Below the pieces are notes generated by a model, which saw only the letters and a program-made list of their open reading frames with translations, did no database searches and was not told where the DNA came from. A stretch of 63,943 nucleotides of DNA, counting the filler, from Octopus bimaculoides (lineage: Eukaryota), in NCBI RefSeq assembly GCF_001194135.2. It is 5 parts of 5 records of this genome, joined end to end, with 100 filler letters (N's around TTAATTAATTAA, not from the genome) between each part and the next. Parts side by side here need not be neighbours in the genome. Positions count along the whole stretch, not along the records: positions 1 to 27,538 come from NC_068984.1; 4 more parts are not named here. The stretch is one strand, 5' to 3'. A program made the translations under genes and the position numbers. Shown in pieces: positions 1 to 13,841 of this stretch. Numbering within the stretch: position 1 is the stretch's first letter; each line of letters opens with the position of its first letter.

Positions 1-262
1 GATTATAAATAGTAGTGAGTGAACACATAACAGTCAGTTGGTGTTGGGCAGTTGATACAGCAGTCTAAGGGAGTTTGTACAGGATTCGTTAACTGGTTTT
101 TGAGTGCATTGAAGTAATATTAATTTCATTTTGTGAAGTTTCATACAGAAGTGTTACACGTGTTATGCCTTGAAGCAATTGTATTCTCATTTTGTGAAGT
201 GAAGTTTTGTGCAGAAGAATTTTAAGTTTATAAATAGTGATATTGGAAACTGCAAGCAAAAA

Positions 263-3200
263 ATGCCCCTGAAAAATAGGCCTTCATTTGGAAATAAGTC
301 TCATGTAGCTAGGACAATGCAGCTACAAAGGGAGAATGAAAGTGAAAAGCAGCAACAAGAAAGACTCTAAAAACAACAAAAAAGAACAGTGGAATATAGG
401 CAAAATGAATCAGAAGAACTAAGATCAAAAAGACTTGATGATGATAGGACAATGAAAGCAACTATTTGTCAACAGGAATCAACTGTATGATAATCAACAG
501 CAAATGGAGAGAAACAGAACAGCTCAAAATCGGCATGAAGAGACAGAAGCTCAAACAGCTCAAAGGTTATGTGAACAGAGCAAGAACAGATTTATGATTT
601 AAAAACCTTGTCAAGTGGAACTTTTGCTGCTTTTAGTTACAATCCACATAAAGACTATACTTCGGAACCTTTAGTCCAAAATATCCTTGAACAAGATCTG
701 TCAAAACTCTGGTGCTAAAAATGGAAAGGTGAGTCCCCTGGATTGTGCTGTTCAAATGGAAAGATCAAGTTGAAACTATTATCTGAACCACCAGAACCCT
801 TGAGGGAACTGTCGATTGGCACAACTACTGAATCAAGACATTTTTTTCAAAATATGCAGAAGTACAATAATGCATTCCAAATGACATCATTTGGTGCAAA
901 TGTCATCCATGATGGTGGCTTTATGCTCACTTTCAAGACCCAAGGGCAAGTGTACCATAGAATCGGACCACTTCAGCCACTTTCAGAAGAACCAAAATAT
1001 CTACAATTGTATTTCATTGGTGATATAAAAACTGAAGCACAGACAAGATATGAAAAGAATAAAGAAACAAATCATATTACAACTACAAAATATTACATAC
1101 AAGAAACAGCTATACTAGAAGTTTCAAATATGCCCTAGAACACGCACCTGTAGAAGAACTCAAAGTAGTGTTAAATGCTGACAAGACCATCAGGAGAGCA
1201 TTCACACCACTATAATGCACCTGAATATAATGAAGTTGTCATTATAATATTTGGATAAAAGTATGGTAAGCATGACTTCATCCTTCATGGGAGAGATAAC
1301 CAATTACAGAGAATACATGAAACACATTACTCTTATAATGCTCTCCAATACCCTTTAATTTCTGTGATTGGGGGAAATGGATACCATTTTAAAATCCCTC
1401 AAAATGATGATAATGATAATACTAGAAAGACAGTCTTATGTATGAATTTTTACTTCAACCATTTTATGGTTCATCAAGATAATTCCAATTCACTCCACCA
1501 AATGCAAAAGTTGACGCAGGAAGATTAGCATATAAGATCCCTATAAGATCCCACCAGAAAGAATTAAGATCTGAGTCCTACATTCATTTACATGATGGCA
1601 TCAATAACAAAAGTGCTGCTGAAGACATTGGGAAGTTGTGCATCATTCCATCCACCTTTACTGGTATCCTCAGATATATGCATGCAAGAATACAGGATGC
1701 CATGACATATATTAGAAACTTTGGTAGACCAGACCTATTCATAATTTTCACATTTAATCCAGTGGAAAGAGATTCAAAATGAATTGCTTCCAGATCAAAC
1801 ACATGTAAATAGACACAACCTCACTGCTAGAACCTTCCAACAGAAAGTGGTGAAAATGATGGATGTCATCACAAAAGAAAATATCTTTGGACCAGTCAGA
1901 TGAATGGCAGAAATGTGGATTACCTCATGCACACATTGTTATTTGGTTGCATGAAAAATTTCACTCTGACCAAATTGACAAAATAATATCTGCAGAGCTG
2001 CCTGATCCCTCGAAAGACAGAGCATTGTATGAAATAGTGAAGATTCAAATGGTACATGACTCATGTGGAACTCTTAACAAGACCATGTATGCAAGACAAT
2101 AGATGCACAAAGAAATATCCATGACGTTTTTTGAAAGATACTCAACTTGGAGATGATGATTCTCCATTCTGCAGAAGAAAACCTGAAGATGGAGGTTTCC
2201 AAGCAAAATTTGGACAATTTCAAATTGACAATAGGTAGATTATTCCATATTGCCCAATGTTACACAAAATATTTAATGCTCATATCAATGTTGAATTTTG
2301 TAACTCAGTGCAATCTATTAAATATGTCTGCAAATATGTTAACAAAGGATCTGATGCTCCAATGTTTGTTCTACAAAGACGGGATATACAAGATGAAGCC
2401 AGTATATATCAAGGCAGATACATCAGCAACAATGTAGCATTTTGGAGAATATTTGGATTTCCAATACATGAACGTTATCCACCAATTCAACAGTTGGCTG
2501 TTCATCTGAAAAATGTACAACTTGTCTATTTCACAGCTGCAACTGCTGCTCAGCAATCATTGGTTCTTAAAGAAACTACTCTAACAGCTTATTTCAAACT
2601 TTGCCATGATGCTCCATTTGCAAGGACAATGTATTATTACCAGCTACCATCTTACTACACATGTGATAATAAGCAATGGAATAGGTGATAAAGGGGTGCT
2701 CCTGTTGAAAATCAGATATTGGATTTGATAGTGCTCTTGGAAGTGTTTATACAGACACCCTAATCAATATGAATTCTTCTTCTAAGAACTGTTAATAATA
2801 CTACCTGTCAAATCTATTATGAAGCTTGCCTTCACTTTGGAATACTTGAAGATGACTCTCAATGGGACAAGGCACTTTCTGAGGTTTCCATATCACATAT
2901 TGCAAATAGTCTTCGCTTCCTGTTTATTATTACGTTACAATGATGAGATGTACAATAGTGCATTGATCAACATAGAAGACACTCTTGGCTATTGGAGAAG
3001 TGCTCCAGAATTATGGACTTCTTAAAGTTACTCATGGCAATGAAAACAGACTAACATCTGAAATGCTCAGAGAAACAAATCACAACATTGATAATTTGGC
3101 AAATTATGTGAAAGTAAATGACAAAGAGAAGCATATGAAGCAGTTGTTGACAACATTAGGCATGAGAAGGGTGGAATATTCTAGAGATGCACCAGGAGAA

Positions 3201-3760
3201 ACTGGAAAGACACTTTTTATAAAACTAATTTTGGCAAATGTTAGATAGCAAAGAAAAATTGCTATTGCAGTTGCATCATCAGGTATTGCAGCAACCCTTC
3301 TTCCTGGAGGCTATACAGCCCATTTGATTTTCAAACATCCATTGGATATGTGGTCTAATGAAAGTCCTGCATGCAATAACAGCAAGAATTCAGGAATAGC
3401 TGAACTTCTCAGAAGATGCCAATTGATAATATGGGATGAATGGATAATGGCACATAAGAGAGCCTTTGAAGTTGTTGACAGGTCATTGTAAGATATTCAA
3501 AATAATGATGCTTCAGTTGTTCTATCTGGTGATTTAAGACACTCTTCTAGTTATTCCAAAGGGAACAAAAGCTAATGAAATTCGTGCATACTTTAAATGA
3601 TCACAATTCTAGCACTGCATAAAAGTACTGAAGCTTGAAACAAATATGTGAGCATATCTCCATGGTGATAGATTATCTGAGCAGTTTGCTCAAGACTTAT
3701 TAATTCTAGGAGGAGTACCTGTAGACAATGAAGGTACAATAAACCCATCATCTATTTGCA
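263..3760 (+). mobile_element. Helitron Rep/PIF1-helicase coding region, decayed (many stops and frameshifts)
   Basis: Ordered motifs: YNNAFQMTSFGA and GQVYHRIGPL (Helitron N region); [27 protein letters not shown] (HUH) and KYVCKYVNKGSD (Rep); DAPGETGKT (Walker A), AVASSGIAATLLPGG and IIWDE (PIF1 helicase). Confidence 0.93.
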
Positions 3761-3764
3761 CAAT

Positions 3765-4550
3765 GTTGTCCACTCCACATTGCTTTCCCATGGTAGAGTC
3801 AATTCTACAGCAAAGTCTTTTTTTCAGATCTTGCTCTTAAGTCAGGGCATTGCTTAATTATTGCAACATGGCTTGGAACACAAGCACCTTCTCAAACTCC
3901 ACTTACTACTTCCAGTGTTTAGCACCATTCAGAAGTTTGAGTTTTGGCTTTTTTATTACTCCATATCTCATTTTTTTCACATCTACTTTATGGAAACTAA
4001 GGACTGCACTTTAGTATCAGTTCTGCCTACATTGACAATGTTGCAAAGGTATTTTAATGTATCAGTAAAGATATTCAGAACGAGGATGTTGTATACCACT
4101 TGTAGCCTACACACTGATAAAAACTGACTAGGGATAGATACACACCATAAACTGATATTTATCACAAATTGAGTGAACCCAACAATGTTCTACGATTGCT
4201 TTCTTTGTTCATCTCCTTAACTTTCTAGCCCCATCACTTTCGTTACATGTTCTTCAGTTTGATAAGTTTGTCTGCTCATGTTATCTTGTCCTCCTAACTT
4301 TTGTTATTCAGGTGGGATAGTCTTTAATTCCAAATCTCTCAGTCCAACTTGTTTGCATGTATATTCTGCACAGATCCTATAACTCCATATCCAATTTAGA
4401 ATCTGTCACCTCAACAGCACACCTCCTTCGTTTCATTACTGTTATCACTGTTGACTGGATTGTATGAATAACAGTATCCTCACAATCCTGTCAACAAGTT
4501 TTTACTTCTTTAAACTCCTTTTAAAACTGTTTATAGCAGCTGGAGTTTTG
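3765..4550 (-). mobile_element. RLE-type non-LTR retrotransposon fragment (HERO/NeSL-like), post-RT region to restriction-like endonuclease
   Basis: Minus-strand translation across frameshifts gives EFKEVKT..DCEDTVIHTIQSTV, a GYKW(RH)N-VLNIFTDTLK-like segment, and PSHVAIIKQCPDL...FAVELTLPWESNVE (PD..ELTxPWE endonuclease signature). Confidence 0.72.
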
Positions 4551-6046
4551 TGGGCCATGGTGGTAGTGGTGTATGTGTGGTAATATAATTTAAAAGCAAA
4601 TTTCTGTTCAACTAAATAACATACAGGAACAGCTGCAAGCATGCCATTAATTTTTCGTAATTTTGATGTTCCACTTTACAGATGCTAATGTGATTTTGGG
4701 TAAACAGAACAGCTGTGTGCTATATCCTTCCATTTTTAGTAGAAGTAGTACAAAATATTGATTTGCTATGAAGTCCGAGAAGTGTATGATTGTCATATAA
4801 CTACATCTATAAATATCAAAGAAAATTAGTTGCACGTTTCAAGTGAAATAACTTCAACCAGATATCGAAATGAGATCATTTGTATTTAGGTGAAAACATT
4901 AATTAGCATAATGCTCTTTAGAGTTTTTTCAACACACACACACACATACATTATGACTGACTCAATAAGACAGACAATCATCAAGAATCTGGTGATTTGT
5001 ATTCCTTCACCAAGATTGTTTATTCTTCATTTTCCCAGGTGTACAAGTATATAGGTAGCTAAGGGCTGAATAGTTCAAGAATACATGTAGTGAGAAGACT
5101 GCATAATTCATGAGTGCTTTCTGTGCTAGGCTCAACTCCACCAACTCCACTCTCTCTTTCTTTCTCTCTCAGAGAAAGGGAGATGTTATTTCTGCTACAG
5201 AGACTTAGTTTGGATACATTCCATCATTTCGTTCTACTTTGGGATTTTTTACAGTCTGATGGATTCTCATGCACGCTGTTACAATTTGAAAAACTCCTTA
5301 TATGAATATTTCATATTTGTTGTAGAAAGCCAAGTCCAATCAATTGTGGCAATAAGAAAAGGCCCATAGAAATCCCTGGAGAACCTGTTGACATGCCTTA
5401 GGGAAGAACGTCATACAATGCATTCGATTTTACTTTATAAAATACGAACATGGCTGTACTTGTTCCAGTTTGTTGAAAATAGTTACCTAGTTGGGAACTT
5501 CAATGGTTTTAAAACATTGCAAGTATGACATGAGGGGTAAGAGTGGAAGAAAAGTGTAAAATAGAAATCTTGAACAATTTGTATGCGTGCATGTGTGCAT
5601 GTGCATGTTTCTATTAAGGCATTATTTATGTTTTATGTTAGTAAACCTGTCAGACAAATGAATCCACCATGTAGTCTCCATTTTCCCTCTCATCCTCTTT
5701 CCTCTATTTCTCCTCTCACCATCTCCAGCCACTCACTTTTCTTTCTCTATCCATGTTTTTCAATAAATATATGCATATATGTGTGCGTGGCATATGTCTG
5801 TATGAATGTATATATTTATGAACATGTACACAACACACCCACACTATAGCTACTCTAGGCTACCTTTCCACTTCTCATTCCTTTCCCATGTCCCATTCCA
5901 TACCAGTAACTCTCGGTTATTAATTGAAAAACAGTAGACAATGGTTGTGAGGCAGATAAATATAACAGACTCTAACCACGCCTCCTATGTAGTGGTGGGA
6001 GGAATACCTGACTCCTCCTCTCCATCTTTTCCTCCTATACATTATC

Positions 6047-6114
6047 TATAAAAGGATCTCTTTTAGCTGATTAGGCCTTACTTCAGTTCGCAGATTGATT
6101 TGTCAAAACCTCCG
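6047..6114 (+). promoter_or_regulatory. Candidate core promoter and short non-coding first exon of the EF-hand gene
   Basis: TATAAAAG at 6047-6054; Inr-like TTACTTC/TCAGTT at about 6078-6088; donor-like CCG|GTAAAG at 6114/6115; a CCACGCCTCC GC-box-like motif lies upstream. The next coding exon (10692) starts with an acceptor 58 nt before the ATG, so an upstream exon must exist. Confidence 0.45.
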
Positions 6115-6889
6115 GTAAAGTGCTTTTCATTTCCATTATCATTTTAGAGTTCAAACTGCAGCATTGTTATACAGTACTTGTATTAAGTTTTTATCCTTTT
6201 TCTATTTAGATATTTTCTCTTCATCTTTTTTCTTATGAAATTATTTGTAGTTATTACTTTGAGGGGAAGTCTACATGGTTCTTTGATATGCCAGAATTAA
6301 TAGCCAAATATACCTTGAATCCACCAACACCTTTCTGTCTTAAAAAAAATGGCACATTGTATGAAGAAGTCTTAGATACACTGTCAGAAAAACAGACTGG
6401 ATTGTCATGGCTGAACTGTGCCATTGATCATAGATTAACTCTTGGTCAGAGAAAATACTGGATGATTTTAGTCATCTTGCCAGTTTCATTTCTTGTTATA
6501 GAATGTTGTAATACCCTTAGGAAGGGTAACACATGACAATTGTTTTACCCATCCCCATATCTCCCTTACATATTGCCATATGTTGTCTAAAATTATTTAC
6601 AGCAGTACACTACTAATCTTTCTCTTACTTTTTCCACTTAGTTTCTATCTCTAGCTTAATTAGAAAAGTAAAACTGTCCAATATCTTTCTGAATGGATAC
6701 TTATTTGGAAAAGGCAACAGGCAGCTACTACAGTGTTCTTCCTTACATGCTATAACAGTTATATGCTACAGCAAGCTAAAAAGATCAAAACTGAAAAAGG
6801 AAGAAAAGCATTGAGTTTTATAAAAATGTTTTAGTTTTATTGGTGGGACAGCACAAATATATATATACACATACAACATATGCCTCAAC

Positions 6890-7080
6890 GATGAAGCCTC
6901 TACATGGCCATTTGTCTGGCTTAGGAACAGCAGCCAAATCTAACTCAAATCACACCATACCATCTTAAAGGGAGAACAATATAGTCTCTGTATAAAATGA
7001 CAGATTGGTTCTGACTGTACTGGCTTTGATCATAGGTCTTCCCAAACAAAGCTGAACTGGAACTAAACAACCACAAAGAT
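6890..7080 (-). repeat. Dispersed short repeat family; related copies at about 7630-7807 (+), 16310-16500 (-), 17270-17400 (-), 18220-18380 (+), 22560-22800 (-)
   Basis: Shared blocks such as gatttggctgctatttct(a/t)gc(a/t)gg, gtgtgatttgag and ccccaggtcagc recur in these segments; probably SINE- or MITE-like, class not determined. Confidence 0.55.
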
Positions 7081-7803
7081 CATGTAGGAAGTAATACAAC
7101 CATTAATCCACCTCATCTTCAATATATTATTTATATTTTGGTCAACTCCTGATAGATGAAAAGTAAAATTGTCTCTCACAGCAATAGAACTTAAATGAAT
7201 GGAACAAAATTCAAAGTTGTATGACATTTCAGCCCAATGTTCAACACTTTAGTCATCCTTAATGAAAAATAACGATATTTATGCCAATATTTTATGAGAT
7301 GATCCCAGATTGCAGGAAAGTGAAAAATTATAATTCAGTGTTATCCAGAAATAGGATAAATCAGCTGCTTATAATATTTATGAATAACTTTAATCATTAA
7401 AAATACAACTTATAGAAGTATATGAAAAATAACAAAAATTAGTCAATTAAATTCCCCAATAAGGAATATTTAAAGCAGCTCAAAACATTCACACCATTAT
7501 TGCAGGTGATCATGAGGTCAAGGGGCTGGAACAGCCAAACAGTTTCATAACGTGATGCTGGAATATTTTTTTCTATTTGTATGGCTACTTTTAAAAATAA
7601 GGAAGTGAATATAGTTTCTTGGAGCAGATACATGTTTGGTAGCTGTTGTTTATCCCCAGGTCAGCCATGATAAGAACAAACAGGCTTGTGATTGAAGGCC
7701 ATTCCAATGACGAGTACACCATCTTACCTTCTAGAATAGTGTATTCCAAGCAATATGTGGTTTGATTGGCTGCTATTTCTTGCTGGTTGAGTGACCATGT
7801 AGA

Positions 7804-7807
<4 letters not shown>

Positions 7808-7859
<52 letters not shown>
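7808..7859. repeat. (CT)n microsatellite
   Basis: Perfect dinucleotide run. Confidence 0.98.
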
Positions 7860-7863
<4 letters not shown>

Positions 7864-10749
7864 GGCTCACCCACGTCAGTTTTATGGGACAGTGTTTTAA
7901 ATGTGCTATTCTTTTATTAGCTCTTAGTCACCAACAACCTTCCCATGTTAGTTGCGTCCAGTATTCTGAATTACTAAAATTTACATAAGGCCACACATAA
8001 AACAGCTATAGTAAAACTACAATAACAAACATTCAAGCAGACAGTCAAACCTCTAGCAACAATCCTCCACATACAATCCTCAGCCATGTCCATTCACCTC
8101 CCTCTTAATTCAGTTTTGGCACTATATCAAATGCCCATCCTATGTCCTCCCTCATGTCCTTTTCACTTATCCAGAATGCTGCTGTCTAAATTCAAGTTTT
8201 GGAATCAGCAATTTTGATGACAACTGACTGTGTCAACTGTTACCTTGTGTTTATGTTTTTCATGTGTGTATGTGTGTAAGGTGTATAATAGGAAGAGAAG
8301 ACACAAATAGAAGAGAGACATAGAAAACAAACAAAGAGGTACATATACAAATGAATCCTATATTAATTCTAACATTTTCTGCAATAACCAAGGTTTATGA
8401 TTTAAATATTGTATTTTAGTAGAGTAAAACATAATATTATAATCCTTTATATTATATCAAGTAGAATTAAAATCTTCATTTTTACAATCATACATTTGTT
8501 TTGAATATTTTGTTATGTTGGCTTAGTGAGGAGAGGAAATGCAGTGTCCATGATCTTTGTCAAGGCTTTCAAGACTATTGAATGAAACTTGTCCTCCAGC
8601 CATAGACGTGGCCTGAATGTTTCCAAAGGAATGGGCTCTGCTAAAGACACCTATGGGCCAAACAGTGGTGTTAAACCAGATCAAGATGGATTTTATGTAG
8701 CAGCATAAATGAAATTAAATAGTAATAACCAAGATTAGAAATGAACACACACTTTTAAGCTGAATATTGTTTGTTCTGATGCTTCTTATATGTACACAAG
8801 AGGAGTGGGAAAATAAAATTTTACAAAGATATTTGCCTCATTTATCATCAATATAGTGAAAATTGTTATTCATATTAAATCTGCATTAACTGTATTATAT
8901 GTCAGGGGCTAACCACAATTCATATTGATTTCTTGTAGGTTTCTAAATTCCTAGACTTGGTATTGTTTTTTTCTTTACCCACAATGTTAAGCAGTAATAA
9001 ATAGTTCAAACTGAAAATTAAGTAAATTAACTTCACCAAATTCTCCCTATCCCTTTTCAGTCTTATAGGGCTTAAGAAAGGGTATTCAGACTGACCAAAA
9101 AAAAAAAAAAACTCTGTTGGAGTTAATAATGAAATGTAGCACTCCTCTTTTATGTTTTCTTTTGATTTTGAATCTTCTGACTGGCTCCACTTGAAGACTT
9201 CACTCATCACTCATTTAGTGGAAAGCAAATTGGTTTGTTGGTGTTCCTCACTCTCCAAGCTATATCTACAAATGTAATTTGAGTCAAACACTGTAAGCTG
9301 ATGAATTGCACATCTTTTTAATGTACTTCCATTGCATTCAACTTGTAATCTCTGACAGTCTGAAGTACACTACTTGATTTTACCTAGTCTTTTGTCAAAA
9401 CACCTAATTTTCAAATCACTCATACACTTGTTTACTTCCTTGAACAAACTTGGGCATGAAAGGTAGTGGATTATAAGAAACTGCAGATCACCGGACCGAA
9501 TGCCTTACAGTATTTACTTTCATTCCTCGATATTTTGGGTTCAAATTTCACATCTGTTAATTTTTGCCTATTCTTCTTCTGGGATCATAAAATATTTTTA
9601 AATGATTCTTTAAAAACTTTGTCAAGTGACACTCATTTTCAAAGAGGACATACTTGACCGTGTCTGCCATACTTGACTGACACTTATTTTATTAACTTTG
9701 GGGAGATTTGAACACTGATGCTTTGGTTCAACAATTTTACCATCCAACACTCTGTTCTTTCTCTTTCTGTCACTTAAAGTTGGTTATTTAAAGCAGACAG
9801 CTAGTCTGGAGGGTATTGATGATCTGCCAAAAATCCTCTTTCATGCACAATTTCCATTCAGGGTTAGAATTATCATTATAAACAAAACACACATTAGTTG
9901 GTGAGAAACTGTCAGATTGATCCTATCACAGTTCTTAATCTTTCTCTTTTTTCTCACTCTCTCCCTTTACCCCACTCTATTAAAGCTGGTGAGACGGTTT
10001 TACCAACATTACTTATACCAATAATTTCATATCATATTTAATGATGTATGACAAGTGAATAATCAGTAAAGTATCACCTGTGTTTGATAAAATATTATTA
10101 GCAATACACTGAGTTGTTGCTTTCAGGTTTTTATTGTCTACTACTGAAAACACTTTATATATTTTTTCAAGTTTGTGTTTATGCATGTGTTCATAAACAT
10201 GACTATTTGGTTTCTTAATCATATACATCTTAACATCTTACCCTTTCCTCTCTTTTTGTTTCTCACTTTGCTTCTTTCTTTCTTCCCCATACACTTTCAA
10301 CACCATCTCTTTTGTTCTCCTCCTCTCAATATATAATTCTATCTTCACACTCTTTCCATGTTTTTCTCTTATCCGTCCATGTTTTTTCTCTCATCAAGAT
10401 ATCATGTAACTAACTATCATTCTCATTGCTTGGTTGTTTCTTTCTTTCTTTCTTCACCTCCACACTTTCAATTCTACAACCAATACATTTCTAATTTTTC
10501 CAAACAAAAGCTCCTGCCTTTAGCTGTTAGAAATCATTTTTTTGTCATAACTCATAAACCTACTCAATTTGTAAAGTTTAATAACTGATCTTTGTCTGTG
10601 AACATAATTATTGTAGTTTTAGTTAAATGTTCTAGTCAATATCCCCCTCCCCTCCATTTTGATGTATACTTTAATTTTTCTTTTTCTCTAGGCTCTTGAG
10701 AAGGACACCTCTGACTAAACCTCACTTGATTAGTTCAGTAGTACCAAAG

Positions 10750-10887
10750 ATGGCTAAACCCCCATCAGTTGATGTTTATCTTCAGGCAGAGTTTCAGTCT
10801 ATGGACACTAACAAGCATGGTTTCTTAACTCCCATTGAGTTTTCAAACCTTATGGTGTATCTTGGTTGTAATAACAGACAGCTAGAG
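10750..10887 (+). CDS. EF-hand calmodulin-like Ca2+/Mg2+-binding protein, coding exon 1 (aa 1-46, EF1)
   Basis: Polypyrimidine acceptor ttttctctag|G at 10691/10692; ATG at 10750; MAKPPSVDVYLQAEFQSMDTNKHGFLTPIEFSNLMVYLGCNNRQLE; donor GAG|GTAATA (phase 0). Confidence 0.9.
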
Positions 10888-11987
10888 GTAATAAAATGTC
10901 TTACTATTTTCCTCTTTGTTTCTAATACAGAAATTAAGAACCACAGATGACCAGTTGAATGTTTCGGCAGTTCATATCCAAGCTGTGGTTCTGTGATGCC
11001 CCAATTGATAAAATATTTTTTCAATACTCCAGGGGATGATGTAATCAACTAGTCCCTCCCCATAAATTTTTAGGCCTTGTGGCTTTAGTTGAGATTATAA
11101 TTATTATTTTTCAGTAGTCCTATTTTTATTAAATATATTTTTCTACATGGCCAAGCACAGTTCTGTGTGCCTTGGGTATGTACAGTGTTTTTGATTTTGC
11201 TTTTGCTGTTTGTTATTGTAAGCACTCTATGTAATGTGCATATTGCCTTGTATTACTATTTTCTGTTGTACATTTTTCTAAAGCTTGGAGTTTCTATTAT
11301 GCATGTCAGCTGCTTTGGGAGAGATAAAAAAAGAAAAACATGCAATCATTATAAGGATTGCCTCTATTTACAGCCTCCACATTCAGTTTTGTTCTATTTC
11401 CAGATTTTTGTATTTGAATAATTACTCCATTTCTTTGAGAGAGAAACTATTTGTTGGGACTGAGACATTGATTACGAGATAGTTCTTTTCCTGATGTTTC
11501 CTTAATAACAATATTTGATGCATTATCTTTGATTTTTCTCTCTGTATATATTGACATATCCCAGAGTACAATCACTTTGTCATTCTCAGAGACCCTTTCT
11601 GGTGTATGCTTATACAAACTCTTTTCTATTAGTATTTCATAACGATATTATGGCTAATATTGAGCAGCTACAGATGATCTCTACATTCTAATGTAATTCT
11701 GCTTCATTATGTACTTTTGGTGTTTTCCGGTGAGAAGCTTTGATCCTGTGCCACTATCAAGAAACCTTCAGGGCTTTAAACCGTGTGCTTCTGTCAGTGT
11801 TGCAATTTTGCCTTGCCTACTTTCAACTTTTTGGACTTTTCCAGATTTTGACTATGTAAGAGTTTTTCTGGCCACCACCATTTCATGGCATTCTATGGTT
11901 CCATTTTTAGCTATTACAGTTTCTGTTGTTTCTCCTTTTTTCTTAAGTCGCTGATTTTGTATTTGTTGATTTCTTTGAGGACAGAAA

Positions 11988-12205
11988 GGTATCGAGCTGG
12001 CAGAATTGTTAGCATGCTAGATGAAATGCTTAGTGGTATTTCACCTGTCACTACATTCTGAGTTCAAATTCCACTGAGGTTGACTTTACCTTTCATTCAT
12101 TCGAGGTTGATAAATTAAGTACCAGTTGAGTACTGGGAGTTGATGTAATTGACAATCTCCCTCTCCCAAATTTCAGGCCTTGTGCCTATAATAGAAAGGA
12201 TTTAC
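11988..12205 (+). mobile_element. Full-length cephalopod-type SINE with 13-bp target-site duplication
   Basis: gagctggcagaattgttagc...gagttcaaattcc (B-box-like)...aaatttcaggccttgtgcc; flanked by TTGAGGACAGAAA at 11975-11987 and 12206-12218. Confidence 0.88.
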
Positions 12206-12290
12206 TTGAGGACAGAAAAGAATTTTTTTTTCATTCCTGCTTTAAAGCTTTTTGTATAAAATTTCATTATTCTTTACTTGATATTTGTGT

Positions 12291-12595
12291 CATCATCATT
12301 GCCATAGTTTAATGTCCGCCTTCCATGCTAGCATGGGTGGGACAGTTTTACAAGAGCCTGCACCAGACTTCTGTGACTGTTTTGACAGGATTTTTAAAGG
12401 TGGATGCTCTTCCTAACACCAACCACTCAGCAGAGTGGATTTAGTGCTTTTTACATGGCACAAGCACAGGCAAGGTCAGTTTTGCCAAGGTTTTTACAGC
12501 TGAATGCCCTTCTGAACACCAACCACTTTACAGTGTGGTCTGGGTGCTTTTAAGTGGCACCTGCACTGTCACAGTCACCAAGTACTTGCAAGACA
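12291..12595 (-). mobile_element. SINE/LINE-tail element with a duplicated V-domain-like core
   Basis: The minus strand has two copies of gtggttggtgtt(a/c)g(g/a)a(a/g)g(a/g)gcat(c/t)ca and ends in ccatgctagcatggaaggcggacattaaac plus a (GAT)n tail; homologous to 13680-13841. Confidence 0.6.
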
Positions 12596-13039
12596 AGAAA
12601 AAAAAAATTTCAAGAGGAGAGGAGGCATTGGAGGAGGTGATCTTGTGTTGGATGATGAAAAGGTCATAGTGAGACAGATTCAGGTGTCTTGCTATAGAGG
12701 AAATACAAAGTTACCCAGCCAGAGAGAGAAAGATCAGGAATGAAGACAGGAAGAGGTGTACTACCCCAAAGGAAATACATGGTTACCAAGTGCAGGAGAA
12801 GAAGAGAGAGTGGGAGACAGCAGGATAGATTGTAGCAAAATGCTGGGCATACTCACAAGGAACAGGGATCAGAATATGAATGTGATGGTTGAGTAAAGGA
12901 AGAGAGAGATATAGATGGTGGCAAGTGCAGGGCATACCCTTGACGTTCAAATGCCATAATATAAGTGGCAGGATATTGTGAAGCGGGTGTAATTAAAGAA
13001 TGTGAGTAAGTGATGAAAGACCTAGTCTTACATTTCTGA

Positions 13040-13310
13040 ATCTGTCCTAGAAAGAACACACCACCTAAGAAAGGCTCCTGTAAGCTTCCAAAAATATCAG
13101 TCACCATCAGAAAAAGAGTTTCCTTTACTGGACACTACTGAAGAAGTAAGGAAGAGCTGGTCAGTGATACCCAACTTGGACTCCTCTACATGTTCATAAT
13201 CATGTTGTGTGTTGGTTGGCCTGTGAAAACATACTTTGATCAGTTAACAGTTGTTGTCAATAGGAACTATTAAATGCCTTGGAGATACGTGGAGAATCAT
13301 CATGCAAATC
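13040..13310 (+). mobile_element. RTE-clade LINE 3' coding remnant
   Basis: Across frameshifts: LPKISVTIRKR-SFTGHY-RSKEELVSDTQLWTPLH..GWPVKTYFDQLTV..ELLNALED, matching the RTE ORF2 C-terminus. Confidence 0.6.
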
Positions 13311-13679
13311 TAATCAAGCTTGACTGATGATAATAGTAAATATTTTTTTAATGCTTTTCTATTTTCTGTTCAGTTTTACTAGTTTGCTTTGCATCCAGTT
13401 GAGAATATAACTAACTTATTAGAGCAGCTAAAGCATTGATACATTGTTTTTCATTTAGCTGTTTTATGTATTAATCTAATACATTTATAATAATGCTTCT
13501 TAATATTTTCTCTCAGTTGTGTACATTGTACACTGTCAAGTTCATTCATTCCTAAGTATTTGTAAACCTTTGGTTAGTCTATATTGTTCTGAATCTTTCT
13601 ATCCTTAAGGTTGTCTTGGCACATTTTTCTAATCTGAATTGCATATAAATTTCCATGGCAAATTCATGTACTAACTGCT

Positions 13680-13841
13680 CCTCGGAGTGGTTGGCGTTAG
13701 GAAGGGCATCCAGCTGTAGAAACTCTGCCAAATCAGATTGGAGCCTGATGTAGCCTTTGGGCTCCACCAGTCCTCAGTCAAATCGTCCAACCCATGCTAG
13801 AATGGAGAGCGGATGTTAAACGATGATGATGATGATGATGA
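13680..13841 (+). mobile_element. Young 5'-truncated SINE/LINE-tail element with V-domain-like core and (GAT)n tail
   Basis: TGGTTGGCGTTAGGAAGGGCATCCAGCTGTAGAAAC core; 3' end ccaacccatgctagaatggagagcggatgttaaac followed by (GAT)n. Confidence 0.75.
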
